In this document: positions 20,128-30,715 of the stretch, piece after piece
Layout: each line of letters opens with the position of its first letter
Numbering within the stretch: the stretch's first letter is position 1
Assembly: GCA_963755715.1 (NCBI GenBank)
Contig: CAVWLW010000056.1
Span: 32,001-96,000 of the forward strand
Length of the DNA stretch: 64,000 nucleotides
Reading direction: 5' to 3'
Origin: an uncultured delta proteobacterium
Lineage (GTDB): Bacteria > Desulfobacterota > Binatia > UBA9968
Translations under genes and position numbers: made by a program
Notes under the pieces: model-generated
Database searches by the model: none
What the model was told of the DNA's origin: nothing
What the model saw: only the letters and a program-made list of their open reading frames with translations

Positions 20128-21153
20128 CTATACCCCGCCGAATCCTTCATCTTGCGCTTCGGCGAGAAGCCACGGATCTTTGATCTCCGTCGTCGGGCCT
20201 TTGCCGCTCAAGACGTTGGCGACTTCGCGCGCCGCGTGAGTTTGGCAGTCGACATAGGATTCGTCCGAGTTCGCCGCCGTGTGGCAGGTGACGATGACGT
20301 TGGGCAGAGTAAGCAACTTGTGATCAGCCGGCAGCGGTTCGGGCTCGGTTACATCCAACGCGGCGCCAGCAAGTTCGCCGGCGACCAGCGCGTCATAGAG
20401 CGCGTCGGAATCGACCAAGCCGCCGCGCGCGCAGTTGATTAGGTAAGCCGTGTTTTTCATCGCTTTGAATTGTGGCGCGCCGAACATATGGCGCGTCTGT
20501 TTGGTGAGCGGCGCGTGTACGCTGATGAAATCCGAGGTTTTTACCAGCTCATCGAAGGAAACCATCTTGACGCCCATTTTTTCCGCGACCTTCGGGTCCA
20601 GATAGGGATCGAAGGTTTGCACGTTGAGCCGCATGCCTTGAGCGCGCGGCGCCACTTGCTTGCCCACGTGTCCCAGCCCGACGATGCCCATCGTGCATCC
20701 TTGGATGCGATAGACTCGTCCGCGGTAGGCGTGCAGCTCGGCCGTATGGCGCCGCCATTTGCCGTCGTGCACGTACTGGTTCATGCGCATGAGCTTGCGT
20801 GAGATAGCGATCAGCAGGCCGATCGCTTGCTCGGAGACTTCGATGGAGTTACAGCCCGCCGCGTTGCAGATGATCAGGCCGTGATCGCTGGCGGCTTTGA
20901 GATCCATGCGATCGACGCCGACACCGGTGCGGGCGACGACTTTGGTGCGCTTGAGCTGCGCAATGATTTCGCGCGTCAGCGGCACCGACCCGTGCATGAT
21001 GATGCCGTCGGCGTCTTTGCCCATCTCGACCACTTCGGCGTCGTTGGTCGGGCGGCGAATCGTCATGTCGGCGTCGATCTCGGCCAAAATCGGTTTGATC
21101 AAATCGACCGGCACGTCGTTGCTGCCGAAATAAACTACGTGAAATTTGCTCAT
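20128..21153 (-). CDS. D-isomer-specific 2-hydroxyacid dehydrogenase (CtBP/SerA-like)
   Basis: RTGVGVD, GIVGLGHVG, SVHAPLT, INCARGGLVD, LDVTEPEP, VTCHTA. Confidence 0.92.
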   Translation of the reverse strand: MSKFHVVYFGSNDVPVDLIKPILAEIDADMTIRRPTNDAEVVEMGKDADGIIMHGSVPLTREIIAQLKRTKVVARTGVGVDRMDLKAASDHGLIICNAAGCNSIEVSEQAIGLLIAISRKLMRMNQYVHDGKWRRHTAELHAYRGRVYRIQGCTMGIVGLGHVGKQVAPRAQGMRLNVQTFDPYLDPKVAEKMGVKMVSFDELVKTSDFISVHAPLTKQTRHMFGAPQFKAMKNTAYLINCARGGLVDSDALYDALVAGELAGAALDVTEPEPLPADHKLLTLPNVIVTCHTAANSDESYVDCQTHAAREVANVLSGKGPTTEIKDPWLLAEAQDEGFGGV

Positions 21154-21158
21154 GGGAA

Positions 21159-22296
21159 TTAAACCTCCAGTCCGTATAAGCGCACCGGGTTGTCCCAGAG
21201 AATTTTCCGCCGCGCTTGCTGTGAAATGTGATTGTTCTTGGTGAGATCGCCCACGGTGCGATCGGGGAATTTGCCGATGCAGTCGCTATGCGGATAGTCG
21301 GTGGCGATGGTCAAGTAATCGTCGCCGACATGCTCGATAAAAACCGGCGCGAGCTCTTCGCCCGCCTCGCAACTCGCCCAACATTGGCGCTTGAAATAAT
21401 AGCTCGGCTTTTCTTTGGTGGTCTTTGCCTGGCCGTGACCTTCGTGTTCCCAGTGTTCGTCCATGCGCTCGAGCCAAAACGGCACCCAACCGCAGCCGGA
21501 TTCCAAATAGGCGACTTTGAGCTTGGGAATTTTTTCCAGCACGCCGTCGGCGCAGAAATTTAAACTGGCGAGCATCTGTTCGAGCGGATGGCAGGCGATA
21601 TGGCGGCCGAATTCGCTGTAGCGGTCGGAGCCGGCTTGTTCGAGCACCGTGCGCGCGCCTTCATGGACGCAGATCGCGACGCCGAGGTCCGCGGCGGTTT
21701 CATAGATCGGGAAATAGTCGGGGCTCGCGAGCGTGCGTCCGCATAGTTTGTTGGGCCGCCAGAAAATGCCGACATGGCCGAGTTTCTCTTTGGCGTATTT
21801 CAGTTCTGTCCACCGCGCGCGCCGGGTCTTGGAGTGGAACCAGGCAAACACCGTGCAGCCGTTTGGGATCGTAACTGCAATAGTCGGCGAGCCAAGTATT
21901 ATACGCCCGGCAAATCGCCGCGCTCAGCTCCGGATCGAGATTGTCGCGCCACATGATGTAGAGGCCAAGAGTCGGAAACAAGACACTGACGTCGACGCCT
22001 TCGCGATCCATATCGCGCACGTTGGAAGCGGCGTCGAATTTCGCCGCCAGCGCTTCGGCGAAAGTCTCGCGCCAGCGCTTCGATGCGCCGAAGGTAAAGC
22101 CGTAATCTTCCTGCTTGACTGTCGGCCGCATCTTATCGGCATCGGAGATCGGCTCGCCGTCGATGGCGCGGCGCGATTGGTTCGGCCCTTCGATTTTCAC
22201 CCGCCCGCGAAATTTAGCGGGTAAATATTTCTCGAACAAGTCGCTCGGCTCGAGCACATGGCGATCGGCATCGATGACCTTGAAATTATCTCGCAT
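21159..22296 (-). CDS. Amidohydrolase_2 family protein (frameshift near 21815)
   Basis: VIDADRHVLEP, VLFPT, ICVHEG, LESGCGW, ATDYPHSD, ILWDNPVRLYGL. Confidence 0.87.
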
Positions 22297-22576
22297 GATT
22301 TCACTCCTTCTCTCTTTGCCCGCACGTTGAGGCGATTCGGTCGCTGGATTAATGCTCGTCTGATTAGCTCTTCATAGATAGGCACGAGTCGCAGTAGACG
22401 AAATCAACAGCGAGTTGACGACGGCATGGTATGGCACGAGCCAGAGCGTGAATGAGAAAGAAGTCGCTGATGACAACAGAGCTTGTCGCTCGAACGAAGT
22501 GGCCATCGTTGCCAACTCCTGAGTTCGGCAACATAGACGGCGGCCGCGGAGTCGTAGTAGATTGGCCACGCACACT

Positions 22577-24257
22577 ATGAATATACGCCGCACGCGCCTG
22601 ACCACCGGATTGGTTTTGCTCACTTATTTGTCGACGCATTTGCTCAACCATGCGCTCGGCTTGATCTCGCTCGACGCGATGAACGACGGTCGAGTTTGGT
22701 TTCTGGCCTTGTGGCGCAATCCGGCGGGGACGGCGCTGCTATATACGTCTTTACTCACGCATTTTTCGCTGGCTCTCTGGTCGCTTTATCAGCGCCGCCA
22801 TCTGCGCATCCCGCTATGGGAAGCGCTGCAATTGACGCTCGGCTTGTCGATCCCGCCGCTGCTTTCGCTTCATTTCGTCGGCACGCGGATGCAGCATGAA
22901 TGGTTTGGCGTGGATGATTCCTACTCTCTGTTGGTTCTGACACTGTGGCATGCCCAGCCGTGGGATGGACTGAAGCAAGCGACTCTCATCACCGTCGCCT
23001 GGCTGCACGGCTGCATCGGCTTTCATTTTTGGCTGCGGCTGCGACCGTGGTATCGCCGGGTGGCGCCGATTTTTCTCGGCTGCGCTTTACTGCTGCCGGT
23101 CTTGGGGCTGCTCGGATTCACGCAAGCCGGTCATGAGGTTGACAGTCTAGTGGCGCGCAACCCCGACTGGATTGCCCAAGTTGTGCAGCAGTCGAACGTG
23201 CCGCCGCGCAGCCAACGCGAATCTCTTTATCGTCTCGACGACGCCATTGTGGCGACCTATGTGCTCGCGGTTATTTTGACGCTGCTCGCCCGCATCGCGC
23301 GCGATATCTTTGAGCGGCGCAGCAGAATCCGTATCAGATATCCGGGCGAGCGCGAAGTCCAGGTGCCGCGCGGTTTTTCAGTCCTCGAAGCGAGCCGCTT
23401 TGCCGGTCTCCCCCATGCTTCGGTTTGCGGTGGCCGCGGCCGCTGCTCGACTTGCCGGATTCGCGTCACCGACGGACTTTCGAAACAACCGCTGCCGAGC
23501 ACTGCGGAGCAAAGGGTGCTGCAGCGCGTCGGCGCGCCGCCGAACGTGCGCTTGGCTTGCCAACTGCGGCCGGTGGAAAACCTTTCAGTTACGCCGCTCG
23601 TGCCCGCCAATGCGCACGCGAGCGACGGTTACGCCCAGCCGTCCTATCTTGCCGGTCAGGAAAGAACCATCGCGGTTTTATTCGCCGATCTGCGCACGTT
23701 TACCGGCATCGCTGAGCAAAAACTGCCGTACGATTTGGTTTTCCTGCTAAACAGTTATTTCGAAACGGTCGGCGAGAGCATCGCCAGCGCCGGCGGTATG
23801 GTCGACAAATTCATCGGCGACGGTGTCATGGCTTTGTTCGGCATCGAAGCGGGGCCGGCGGAGGGTTGCCGCCAAGCGCTGGCGGCGGCGCAGCGCATGG
23901 TCGACCAGGTCCAAATGCTCAGCCAGGCGCTCGCCGAGGAGTTGGCGGAACCACTCAGGATCGGCGTCGGCATACACTGCGGACCGGCGGTGGTCGGCCG
24001 CATGGGTTATGGCGCCACCATTCATTTGACGGCCATCGGCGACACGGTCAACGTGGCGAGCCGCCTGCAGGATCTGACAAAGGAATTCAGTTGCCACTTG
24101 GTGATCTCCGAAGAAGTGGCGCAGCAGGCGGGATTGAACTTGAGCGCGATTGCCGAGGCACGAGATCACGGTGAGAAATCGCCGTGAAGCGCTGGCGATC
24201 TTTGTCGTTGACGATGTCGCGGCGTTAGCAATTCATCAGGATGCCGCGATTACTTAG
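22577..24257 (+). CDS. Membrane class III adenylate/guanylate cyclase with His-rich TM domain and 2Fe-2S ferredoxin (CyaC-like); frameshift near 24150
   Basis: TM His residues (THLLNH, LTHF, SLHF, WLHG), CGGRGRCSTC...RLACQ, FADLRTFT, DKFIGDGVMALFG, GDTVNVASRL; tail LPRHEITVRNRREALAIF in the shifted frame. Confidence 0.9.
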
Positions 24258-24341
24258 GGCCTAACTTTATTCTCTCTTGCGATTCGACCCACTGCAGCGG
24301 CGTGTCCAAAACGGGGCAAAAGTCAGAGCGACGGAGTGATG

Positions 24342-24921
24342 TCAATCTAACTTACTGGCCGGCGCCAGCCCCGCAGACGTGTCGCCGAGCACCGCGCCGT
24401 GATCGATGCCGAGGGTCTTGATCCAGCGCTGTTGGCCGAGCGTAAGGCCGATGAAAAAGCCGAGCTCGACCAGTTCAGGAATCGTGAAGTGACTGATGGA
24501 GTTTTTCCCAGAGCGCGTCATCGGCGATGTCGGAATTCCAGGCGATAGCGCTGGTGTAAGTCAGCGCGACTTTTTCCCGCTCGGTGAACTTGTCCGAGTC
24601 GGCGAAATTGAGCAGCTCATCATACTTCTCTTCGGTGAGGCCCTGCCGTCCAGCCTGGACGGAGCGTTGCACGCCTCAATATTCGCACTGGATCGATTTC
24701 GAGACGTAGACCCGGCAGAGCTCTTTCAACGCGTGATCGAGGACGCCGTTCCGAAAGGTAAGCTCCCATGCTTGGGAGAAGGCGCGGATGACGTTGGGCA
24801 CATGGGCGCGTACCGCCTGGCTTTCAGGCCGCGGCGTGCCTTCGCGGCGGGCGCGTTCGAGATAGCCTTTGATTTCCGGGTCGGTGACTTTATCAGGATC
24901 GACGTAAGGAATTCGCGGCAT
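24342..24921 (-). CDS. AhpD/carboxymuconolactone-decarboxylase family protein with in-frame UGA (CxxU, probable selenocysteine); frameshift near 24497
   Basis: ...LKELCRVYVSKSIQC-E-Y-TGA-GVQRSVQAGRQGLTEEKYDELLNF...FTEREKVAL continues in the same frame; tail HFTIPELVELGFFIGLTLGQQRW. Confidence 0.82.
24636..24678 (-). promoter_or_regulatory. Candidate bacterial SECIS hairpin immediately 3' of the UGA
   Basis: mRNA: UGAGGC GUGCAACGCU CCGUCCA-GGC-UGGACGG CAGG GCCUCA. The upper stem starts 13 nt after UGA, has a G-containing loop, and there is a lower UGAGGC/GCCUCA stem. Confidence 0.65.
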
Positions 24922-24941
24922 GGATCACCTCTTTCTTGTGT

Positions 24942-25040
24942 AAATCCGAAATCCGAAGCTCGAAATGCCAAACAAACACTCGGCGAGCAGCTTCGAGTTT
25001 TGGGTTTTTTGATCATTTAGAGTTGTTTCGAGTTTCGGAT
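24942..25040. repeat. Intergenic inverted heptamer tandem repeats
   Basis: AAATCCG AAATCCG AAGCTCG AAATGCC...TTTCGAG TTTCGGA. Confidence 0.6.
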
Positions 25041-25076
25041 GTCCAGTTTGTTTCTAGGTCTTGACGTTCGCTGTCA

Positions 25077-26069
25077 CTACAGACCTAGTAATCTGGCGGC
25101 ATTGCCGCCGAGCACGTTTTCTTTGTCCTTCGCGGTAAGCCCATCGATTTGATTAACGAGCGAAACCTGATCGGCACCCATCATCGGCGTTGGATAGTCG
25201 GTGCCGAGCAGGACGTGATCACTCCCCATGGTTTTAATCAGAAACTCAAGGGACGCCGGATCGAAAACGCAGGTGTCGAAGTACATGCGGCCGAGATATT
25301 CATCGATCGGGCGGGTAATCACCTCCCTCGCTTCATACCGGCTTGACTGACCATGGCGCCAGCGACCGCGAATCCACGGCGAATAGCCGCCGCCGTGAGC
25401 GCAGCAGATTTTCAATTCGGGCAATCGCTCGAGCACGCCGCCGAAGATCAAACTCGCTTGCGCGATGGTGGTTTCCAGCGGGTTGCCGATTAAATTAGCC
25501 AGCGCATATTTCTTTAATCGATCGGCGGCGGCGACTTCGTGCGGATGTATGAAGATAAGCACGCCGCGCTCCTGAGCGCGCTCGAAGAACGGAAAAAATT
25601 CCGCTTCGTCCAAATTCTTGCCGTGGTGGCTCGCCGGGATTAACACCGTGCGCATGCCATGTTCCTTGACGACCCGGTCGAGCTCGCAAATCGCCTCGCC
25701 GACGTCCTGAAAGGGCACGATGGCCATGCCCACCATGCGTCCGGGATAGCGCTTCGCGTCTTCGGCTATGGCGTCATTGACTACCTGGCAAACGCGCACG
25801 CCGACCGCCGTCGGCGCCCACAGCGGCAAGAGCGGCGGCAATAGCGACTCGACGATGACGTCGACTTGCTCCGCGGCCATCTCGCGCAGGCGGAGCTCCG
25901 GCTCGATCAGATTCGTACGCACGCGCGTCGAGCGGCCGTTGTCCTGCACGACCGATTCGCGTCCCTGGTCGTCTTTTTCGACGCGGCAGCCCATGCTCCT
26001 GGGGTCGCGCCGGATCGCTTCGAGGTACTTCGCCGGCGCGGTGTGGCTGTGGATGTCTGCTCTCATCAT
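25077..26069 (-). CDS. Amidohydrolase_2 family protein (ACMSD-like decarboxylase/hydratase)
   Basis: ADIHSH, IFIHP, NLIGNPLETT, AHGGGY.P...GR, YFDT, LGTDYP. Confidence 0.9.
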   Translation of the reverse strand: MMRADIHSHTAPAKYLEAIRRDPRSMGCRVEKDDQGRESVVQDNGRSTRVRTNLIEPELRLREMAAEQVDVIVESLLPPLLPLWAPTAVGVRVCQVVNDAIAEDAKRYPGRMVGMAIVPFQDVGEAICELDRVVKEHGMRTVLIPASHHGKNLDEAEFFPFFERAQERGVLIFIHPHEVAAADRLKKYALANLIGNPLETTIAQASLIFGGVLERLPELKICCAHGGGYSPWIRGRWRHGQSSRYEAREVITRPIDEYLGRMYFDTCVFDPASLEFLIKTMGSDHVLLGTDYPTPMMGADQVSLVNQIDGLTAKDKENVLGGNAARLLGL

Positions 26070-26109
26070 TCTTTTCCTCGTATGGTTGATGGTACGGTTA
26101 TATTCGTCT

Positions 26110-27135
26110 CTACTTCGCGGCGAACTGTTTGAAGAAGCCTTCCTCTTCGAGTTTTCTGAGAAATTTTCGCTCGATGAAGTCGGCTGGATTTTTACCCTTG
26201 AGCGCGGGGCGCTGTTCGGCGAGGTAGTCGAGAATAAACTTGACACCCTCAGGAGACGGCGTCAGCGTTAAATTCAAATGTTTCGCGAACGTCTCCTGCG
26301 ACTGAATCAACGCCGGGTCGTCTTTGGGCACCCGCATATATCTCGCGATCACCGGGAGGGTCTGTTCAGGACGAGTTTTGTATAAATAAATCGCTTCCGA
26401 GGTTGCGCGCAGAATGTTCAAGATAGTTTCCGGATTCCCTTCGCTGTATTTTCTCGTGCTCACCACCGAAAGAGTCGGGAAGGGAAAATCCAAACTTGCA
26501 AGATCAAAAATTTCCCGGAAGCCATTGCGTGCCGCTAAATGAGTCGTCGGGGCCGTCAACACGCCGGCGGGAAATCTTCCTTGCATCAGTGCATTGAGCA
26601 CGTCGGGCGAGCCGCCCGAAGCGAAGAGCATCACGTCCTTGTTCGGTGCCCAGCCGAAGTTGTTGAGAAACAGCAGGGCTGCGAAGTAGGTATTCCCGCC
26701 CACGCTGCCAGTAGCGAGTGCTTTCCCCTTGAGGTCGCTGATCTGCTTGATCTGCGCGCTAGCATGTACGGCGAAGTTGAGCCGAGTAAATACGGTGCCA
26801 AGAATGGCAACGTCCGCACCCTGCGCCGCGGCCGCAACGGTTGCCGCGCCGCCGACTTGCGAAACATCGATCGAGCCACCGAGCATCGCTTGGATTGGTC
26901 TGGCGCCGGAGACGTAAACCAACTCCGTATCGAGACCATACTTCTCGAATAATTTCAGCTCCTGAGCAATCCAGAACGGCGGGTTGGCATAGGCGAAAGC
27001 GCTGTACGCCAAGCGTACTTTCTTCAAAGGCGTCGCGGCCATGAGGCGCGGCACTAATATAACTGCGGCAAGCAAAAGCAGCGCGTGTATCGTGGTGAGG
27101 CGAATAATCGTTGCGACTTTGGTCATGCCGCCCAT
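26110..27135 (-). CDS. ABC substrate-binding protein, NitT/TauT family
   Basis: Signal peptide, FEKYGLDTELVY, SDLKGK, C-terminal FLRKLEEEGFF. Confidence 0.87.
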   Translation of the reverse strand: MGGMTKVATIIRLTTIHALLLLAAVILVPRLMAATPLKKVRLAYSAFAYANPPFWIAQELKLFEKYGLDTELVYVSGARPIQAMLGGSIDVSQVGGAATVAAAAQGADVAILGTVFTRLNFAVHASAQIKQISDLKGKALATGSVGGNTYFAALLFLNNFGWAPNKDVMLFASGGSPDVLNALMQGRFPAGVLTAPTTHLAARNGFREIFDLASLDFPFPTLSVVSTRKYSEGNPETILNILRATSEAIYLYKTRPEQTLPVIARYMRVPKDDPALIQSQETFAKHLNLTLTPSPEGVKFILDYLAEQRPALKGKNPADFIERKFLRKLEEEGFFKQFAAK

Positions 27136-27148
27136 AGCGAAAATAAAT

Positions 27149-27640
27149 TCACCTTTGCGTGGACTGTTCCCATTCTTTGAGAATGTCGTTGAGCTGATCG
27201 CGAATTTCGCCTTCGCTTTTGCTCAGGTCCATCGGTTTGCCGAAAGGCTGCGGCACGTCGACGCCGCTCGGCCAATAGACTTCCACCGAATTGCCGTCGG
27301 GATCCTGCGCATAGACGCTGACTGTATTGCCGTGGCTGACGACGCGGTTGATCGGCACGTGATTATCGACGAAGGTTTTGTAGAAATCTTTGACGTCTTT
27401 GAGCGTCGCGCAGCGGAAGGAGATTTGCTGCAGCACGTGAACGTCGCCCTCGTCGTTGCGGCCGGGCGCAAGAAGCAATTCGTGATGTTCCACCGCGCGG
27501 TCCTGGGCGGTCATGAAAACACCGCCTCTCGGGCTCCGGTCGCTCACTTGCAGGCCGAGAATATCGCGATAGAAAGCCACCGAGCGTTCGATGTCGCGCA
27601 CGTGAACGCCCACGTGGCCCAACGAATTGACTTTCGGCAT
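27149..27640 (-). CDS. VOC/glyoxalase family protein
   Basis: LGHVGVHVRDIERSVAFYRDILGL...SVYAQDPDGNSVEVY. Confidence 0.9.
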   Translation of the reverse strand: MPKVNSLGHVGVHVRDIERSVAFYRDILGLQVSDRSPRGGVFMTAQDRAVEHHELLLAPGRNDEGDVHVLQQISFRCATLKDVKDFYKTFVDNHVPINRVVSHGNTVSVYAQDPDGNSVEVYWPSGVDVPQPFGKPMDLSKSEGEIRDQLNDILKEWEQSTQR

Positions 27641-27738
27641 AGGACCTCCTTTGGACGGCTGGATTGTTAAATACTCGGACAGACGCTGTCAATGCTTGGG
27701 CGGTTTGGCATTTTGGATCTTTGCGGCCGAGTTCTACT

Positions 27739-29376
27739 CTAGCTGCGGCGAAGAAGCCGGGCGAATCTTCCAACGACGGCATTTCTGGCCTCGTTCAATT
27801 CCTCGACTCGCAATAAGCGACAGCTCCAGTAAAAAACCATTGCCGCTAAACCGATCGCGCCGATCACTTGGACTAGATGAAGCGCGAGCCCGCGGAGCGG
27901 CAGTCTAGATAGAGATTCGCTCACGAGCCATGCGACGGCCGCCATCGCGAGCGATGCGACGGTGACGCGCAGCACCGTACTGCCGAGTTGCCGTCCGCCC
28001 AATCTGCCGAGACGGCGGCGCATGAAGAGCGCCAGCAGGAGAAAATTTACAAGGGCGACGGTCGACGTCGAAAAAGCCAAACCGACATGGCCGAACGGAC
28101 CGACGAGCAGCGAATTCATCACGAAGTTGACCGCGATCGAGCCGAGGCTGATCAGCATCGGCGTGCGTGCGTCGTTCAGCGCATAAAACGCCGGGGAAAG
28201 CACTTTAACGGCGGCATAGCCGGCGAGACCGATGGCATAAGCGGCCAAGGCATTCGCCGTTTGCATGGTATCGAAGCTGGTAAACTTGCCGTGCTCGAAC
28301 ACCAGCGCCACGATCGGTCGGCCTAAAACCGCCAGACCGACCGCGGAGGGAATACACAGGAGAAAAACCAGCGCCAACGAGTGTGCCAGTGTTTGGCGAA
28401 ATTCGACATAGTCCGGATTCGTCGTGCTGCGCGACAACGGCGGCAACGCTGCGGTCGCGATGGCGACGCCGAACACGCCGATCGGAAACTGCATAAAGCG
28501 GAAAGCATAGCTTAACCAAGACACCGGGCCGTTGAGCACGGCGCCGGTCGCCGGATCGACGATTTCCGAAGCGAAGTTGGTGTTCACGAAAACATTGATC
28601 TGAACTGCGGCGGTGCCGATGATCGCGGGGCCCATGAGGCGCATGATCTGACGCACTCCCGGATCGGTGAAGTTCAGCATGGGCCGGTATCTGAAACCGG
28701 CGCGGCGCAGACTCGGCCACTGCACGGCGAATTGGAGAAAGCCGCCGACGAGGGTGCCGTATGCCATGCCTTCGATGGCACTGAGACCGAAAAACGGTCC
28801 CATTGTAAAACCGAGGAATAATCCGCCGATGATCGAGCCCAGATTGAAAAACACCGGGGCGATGGCCGGAATCGCAAAGTTGTTGCGCGCATTCAATATG
28901 CCCATCGCTTTTGCGGCGAGCGCGATCAGCAGCAAGAACGGAATCATGATGCGGGTCAGGTGTATGGTCAACTCCGCCTTGCCGGGCACGTCGAAAAAAC
29001 CGGGAGCCAGTAAATAGACGATGGATGGCGCAAAGATCCAACCGACAATGCAGATCAGGCCCAGCAGGATCATCAACGCCGTGGCGACCCGATTTGATAA
29101 ACGAAAGGCTTCCTCTGCGCCTTTGCTTTGCTGAACCTGCGTAAAGGTGGTGACGAAAGCCGCGGACAGGGCGCCTTCGGCGAACAAATCGCGCAGCAAA
29201 TTCGGAATGCGGAACGCGGTGAGAAAAGCATCGTACTGGAGTCCGGCACCGAATAACGCGGCAAACACCTGATCGCGCACCAATCCCAATATACGGCTCG
29301 CCATGACTGCTAGGCTGATGACACCGGCATTGCGCGCGACGCTGGCGCGGCCTTGTTGAATGCGATCTTTTTCCAT
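27739..29376 (-). CDS. murJ: Lipid II flippase MurJ (MviN)
   Basis: SRILGLVRD, AFRIPNLLRDLFAEGALSAAFV, RFMQFPIGVFG, FYALNDARTP. Confidence 0.95.
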   Translation of the reverse strand: MEKDRIQQGRASVARNAGVISLAVMASRILGLVRDQVFAALFGAGLQYDAFLTAFRIPNLLRDLFAEGALSAAFVTTFTQVQQSKGAEEAFRLSNRVATALMILLGLICIVGWIFAPSIVYLLAPGFFDVPGKAELTIHLTRIMIPFLLLIALAAKAMGILNARNNFAIPAIAPVFFNLGSIIGGLFLGFTMGPFFGLSAIEGMAYGTLVGGFLQFAVQWPSLRRAGFRYRPMLNFTDPGVRQIMRLMGPAIIGTAAVQINVFVNTNFASEIVDPATGAVLNGPVSWLSYAFRFMQFPIGVFGVAIATAALPPLSRSTTNPDYVEFRQTLAHSLALVFLLCIPSAVGLAVLGRPIVALVFEHGKFTSFDTMQTANALAAYAIGLAGYAAVKVLSPAFYALNDARTPMLISLGSIAVNFVMNSLLVGPFGHVGLAFSTSTVALVNFLLLALFMRRRLGRLGGRQLGSTVLRVTVASLAMAAVAWLVSESLSRLPLRGLALHLVQVIGAIGLAAMVFYWSCRLLRVEELNEARNAVVGRFARLLRRS

Positions 29377-29649
29377 GATTATTGCGACGGCTATTTGAAT
29401 ACGGGTAGCATGAAACGCGCGGTGCGTCGACGCGACACCTGCGAGCGCTTGGCGCGCAGCTCCGAGCGCTCACAAATATTTTCACAAAGCACAACACTGA
29501 TCGTTGACAGGACGCCCGCTCTTCGCATAGCCTCCGGCATCTCGCAACGATGAAACCTTGGACTTGGCTATTGCTATCCAGCTCACGCTTCACAACTCTA
29601 TTGCTGCGTCAACGCGAACGATTGAAAGCAGCGGAAGGAGCTGACGAAA

Positions 29650-30703
29650 ATGCCTGAGCGCTCAAGACAATTGTGTATTTGCGTCGTCATGTGTCTGATC
29701 ACGGCTTGGCTCGCGCCTCTCGCCTGGAGCCAGAACGAGCCTTTTTACCAAGGCAAAACGCTTAGATTCGTGGTCGGCTCGGCGCCGGCTAATTTCTACG
29801 ACTCTTGGGCGCGGTTGATCGCGCGTTATTGGGGCAAGCATATTCCGGGGAATCCCAATGTGATCGTGCAAAATATGCCCGGCGCGGGTTCCATTACGGC
29901 GGTCAATTATGTTTACGGCGTCGCCAAGGCAGACGGCTTGACGGTGGTTCTGCCGAACAACAGCATCTACATCGAACAACTGATCGGACGCCGGGAGGCG
30001 CAGTTCGACCTGCGCAAGTATCACTGGCTCGGTTCGGCGGCTCAGGAATCGATCATGTTCTACATGCGCGCGGATACGCCGTACAAAAACATCGGCGAAA
30101 TCATCAGGGCTAAACAACCGCCCAGTTGCGGCGGCTCGGGAACCACCAGCTCGGATTACATCGTGGCGAAGATTCTGGAGCTGGCGGTGGGCGCGAAGAT
30201 CAACTCGGTTTCGGGTTATCAAGGCGGCAGCGACGCTGATCTGGCGGTGGAAAAGGGCGAGATCGTCTGCCGCGCGCATACGCTCGCGTCCCATTTCGGC
30301 CGCGAGCCGTTCAATTCCTGGCACAAGAAGGGATTTGACCTTCACCTGCTTCAATCCGGACGCAAGCGCGATCCGCGCGCGCCGGAGGCGCCGACTCTGT
30401 ATGAGGTATTGGAGGAATTTAAAGTTCCTGACGGCAAAGCGGCGCGTCGCCCAGGCGCTGTTGTCCGGCGGTGAATTCGGCCGTCCGGTGTTGGTGACGC
30501 CGGGAACGCCGCGGGATAGAATTAAAATTCTCCGCGATAGCTTTCGCAACGTCATGAAAGACGCAGACCTCTTGGCAGAGGCGAAGAAGAGCCGGATGGA
30601 TGTGGAGTACACCGCGGGCGAAGAGTTGGAGGCATTGCTCAAAGAAGTCTTGACCCAGCCTCCCGAGGTAATCGAACAAGCGCGAAAAATCTTAGGCAAT
30701 TAA
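29650..30703 (+). CDS. Bug/TctC tripartite tricarboxylate transporter substrate-binding protein (frameshift near 30437)
   Basis: FYQGKTLRFVVG, HIPGNPNVIVQNMPGAG, GYQGGSDADLAVEKGE, FGRPVLVTPGTP. Confidence 0.87.
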
Positions 30704-30715
30704 CCGGAGGAAAAC

